DNA of 64,000 nucleotides from Syncephalis fuscata S228 (Eukaryota; Fungi; Zoopagomycota): NCBI GenBank assembly GCA_025786725.1, contig JAHLTZ010000055.1, positions 1 to 64,000 of the forward strand, read 5' to 3'. Shown piece by piece: positions 60,834 to 64,000 of this stretch (position 1 is its first letter; each line of letters starts with the position of its first letter). The notes under the pieces were generated by a model. It saw only the letters and a program-made list of their open reading frames with translations, ran no database searches and was not told where the DNA came from. The position numbers and the translations under genes were made by a program.

Positions 60834-63800
60834 TTATAAATCATTGAAAATGGATTGTAAATCGGCAATACGTGTTTCTCGTCTCTCTTCCGTTGGTTGT
60901 CCTTCGTGTTGTATTCCGGAAAATGCTTTGGCAACCAAGGCCCGCTTCTTGGCCTGAATATCCATCACCTTTTCCTCTATAGAGCCCTATAGCACATATT
61001 AATAATAAATAGAAAACCAATGATGAGTGTAGCCTACTTCAATGACAAATTGAAATACATTCACGGGTCGCGTTTGACCAAGTCGATAAACCTAGTAATC
61101 ATCTATATTAGCGGTCTATAGCCTGTTAACCTGTTAACCGGTCATCATTACTCTATCAATGGCTTGATCTTGTATACTTGCATTCCACCATGGATCAAGT
61201 AGAAACACTTGACTGGCTGCAGTTAGATTAAGACCCAAGGCACCACTATGACCAACAATCATTTGTATTTAATAGTTGTTATATAATCATTTACCTACCA
61301 TTTCAATGATATAAGCATGACTATTGGTATATCTGTATGACTATCGTGTATATCAGACTGTGAACGGTGTCTTTTATGATTTGATTCATCAACTGGTATA
61401 CTAAATCGTTCAATGATGGTATCTCGCTTTTTACGAGACATGGTACCATCAAATCGAACAAATGGAATACCGACACTTTCTAGATGTGGTTCAATCTATT
61501 ATAGATTAATATAATTACTAATAAATTACTATTATTAATTACTTTATCTAACATAGATGTCCATTGAGAGAATACAACTGATTTGATGCCTACTGGTGTG
61601 GCATGTAGGAATGTTAATAATGCATTGATCTTGGCACTTGGTTCAAGAGTAGGTCTATCTGTATTTGATACATGTTCTTCTTTCTTTTCTTTCTCCCCTT
61701 TCTCTTCTTCTTCTATTTCTTGAGTATTTTCTACAAGTGGTGGTGTGGGTGGTAATTCTAATAATTGATTAGATTTAATTCGTTTCCTACACATTGGACA
61801 AGTAGGTTTAGTAGCAATGACTCTTTCAATACACATCTAATAATAAATATTAATATATTAGTACATTAATTTATCAATTGTAATGATGCAGGTTAACTTA
61901 CTCGACAGAAGAAATGAGCACATGGTGTAATACAGCCTTGAACTAATGCTTCTAAACAGATACAGCAATCTTCACCATTCTCAATGGCATCTCTTAATAG
62001 CTCGACTAATCGTTGCACTAAAGGATCATCCCAGTTTATTGGTGCTTCTTCATTATGTATAGCAGCTGGTATATTTTGAATACTTAATTCATGATTTGCG
62101 ACTGCAGTTCGTAGTCTCTCTAAATAAGATTCAGGACATAGTGATGGATGGTCACATAATTGACGCATACGCATTAACATTTCAAGTAATTCGGCGTAAT
62201 TATTCATCTAAATAACATTAATATACTAATAACTATTATCATAATAGTTACTTACTAATTCATTATCGTGCATGGCGTGTCTAAATAGACGTTGATTTTG
62301 TTGTTTAACCAATGCGTATAATTCACGTTCACGATCACTAATCCATTTTACTTTATGTAGATACACGTTACAGGGTGGCATTTGTATTAAGGGTCGACCC
62401 TGCAATTTCATGGCTTTTGTACGTCGAATACATAAACTTTGCATTAATACTTTAAGTCGATCCAGTCCTTGGGCATCTCCACGTCTTATTGGTCTTTTAA
62501 ATACCATATTATACCATTCCATATTATCAAATGGTTTATAATTTAAAAACCTATTATTATAATTATTATTAAATAAATAAATAATATATATATAGAATAT
62601 AAATAAATACTTACTTGATTAAACTGTATAAATCATTCAACTTTATCATACATTATTATTAAATAGATATACTTTATTGCTACTTACATCATTGGTGACA
62701 GGGGTACCTATTGGTTATATACAGCGATAAATAGTTAAATCTATTTATATAGTAATTATACTTACCACTAATAATCCATCTTCTTTCGGCTTTAATTCGG
62801 CATGCTGCCAGACTCATTTGTGTTTTAGGATTTTTAATTAAATGTCCCTAATAGACGTATTTAATTAACTATTTAATTAATATATTAAATAACTTACCTC
62901 ATCTAATACTACTCTTAGCCATGGAATAGAGAATAAAGGTGATGAATCTGCATCAGCTGCCATAGTCTATATAATATAATATAATATAATATATTATTAC
63001 AGTGATTATTATACAATGCTTATATCTACCTGATAGGTTGTCAATATAATGGAGTGCTGTTTTAAAAACTCAACATTTTTATACGTTGTGCTCCATGATA
63101 GACATACCAAGTGAGACGGTCAGGCATAACATGGGTCTAATTATTGCATATTGATATGTATCAATGATATAGTCACCAGATTAGAAGGTAATAAACTTAC
63201 CGTCAATTGCGTCTCCCAATTACCAATGACTGAGAGTGGACACACCACTAAAGTAGTATTACAGTAATCTTTACTAGTACCAGTGTTTCTATCCATTGTA
63301 TCTTTATTTGGTGTAATTATAGGATATCCACTAGGATCTGTTAATAAAAGAGCAATTGTTTGTAGTGTTTTGCCCAATCCCATCTATAAAGTAAATGTTA
63401 ATAATATAGGTATTATTATAATAAAAACTTACATCATCGGCTAGAATACCACCTCTCATTAATGCTGGTGTTTCACGTTGTAGTGAATTAGTGGCCACAT
63501 TACAGTAAATAATACTCTATTATTGTTATTGTTAATAATTAATCAATACTATTTAATACTCAAGTAACTATTTTACTTACATCTTTCTCTTTTCTAGTAG
63601 CCCAGAATTGTGTATGATGTTTATCAAGCTTTTTAGTTGATGGTGCTGCTAATCTCGGATGTTCTGCTTGTACCATCCAGGCCAACCCTTGTAATTGATA
63701 ATGGAGTAGCTGAACTTTAAGTGAGCCTTCTTGTGGACCAGGTGGCGATGGATGTACAGGTAATTTGGCCAAATCTTTAACCGATGATGCCAATTCAGTC

Positions 63801-64000
63801 TATTGTTTCATAGTTATATTAAGATGATTCATCTATCATTTGTTCATTACCATAATTTGTTGTGAAGAAAGGCGTGTTACACGACTGCCTTCTACTAAAC
63901 GCTCCGCTGTATTATCCCCCATACGTGGACGTGTTAGATTAATAGCAAATCGTCGAAGTGCCTCTAATACGTCTGTCTTTAAATCGCTTGGCCCATAAAT
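60834..64000 (-). CDS. SNF2-family ATPase with RING finger (Rad5/HLTF-like); 5' end lies outside the window
   Basis: [72 protein letters not shown]. Confidence 0.9.

Overview
AT-rich, intron-rich eukaryotic DNA, most likely from an early-diverging fungus (inferred from short GT-AG introns, a CYRI/FAM49 gene and a hybrid histidine kinase). Conventional genes: an MHYT-domain hybrid histidine kinase, BET5/TRAPPC1, a NEM1-like phosphatase, three tandem membrane proteins sharing a C-terminal motif, a PA-TM-RING E3 ligase, CYRI/FAM49, an OFA-type MFS transporter, a three-copy secreted-protein family, a SMYD-like methyltransferase, Aquarius, an Rpp14/Pop8-like subunit and a Rad5/HLTF-like SNF2 ATPase. 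The main discovery is that two apparent ~81-bp tandem-repeat arrays (17.0-21.0 kb and 46.1-53.5 kb) are minus-strand genes. Each repeat unit is a GT-AG intron, and the variable 3 nt (occasionally 6 nt) between units is a one-codon, phase-1 micro-exon. Gene 1 splices a signal/pro-peptide exon to 33 micro-exons, giving the stop-free 37-aa six-Cys peptide DPEQCKECYDNCALHRVRGDPKSVSNCREYSCKQYCL. Its paralogue has a homologous leader exon and 3' end but about 22 micro-exons spelling an unrelated aromatic peptide. A tRNA-derived SINE, a related non-LTR fragment and an intact Ty3/gypsy element all sit inside these micro-exon introns. A decayed Fanzor/TnpB-like remnant lies near 42 kb. All splicing models are manual predictions without RNA evidence.
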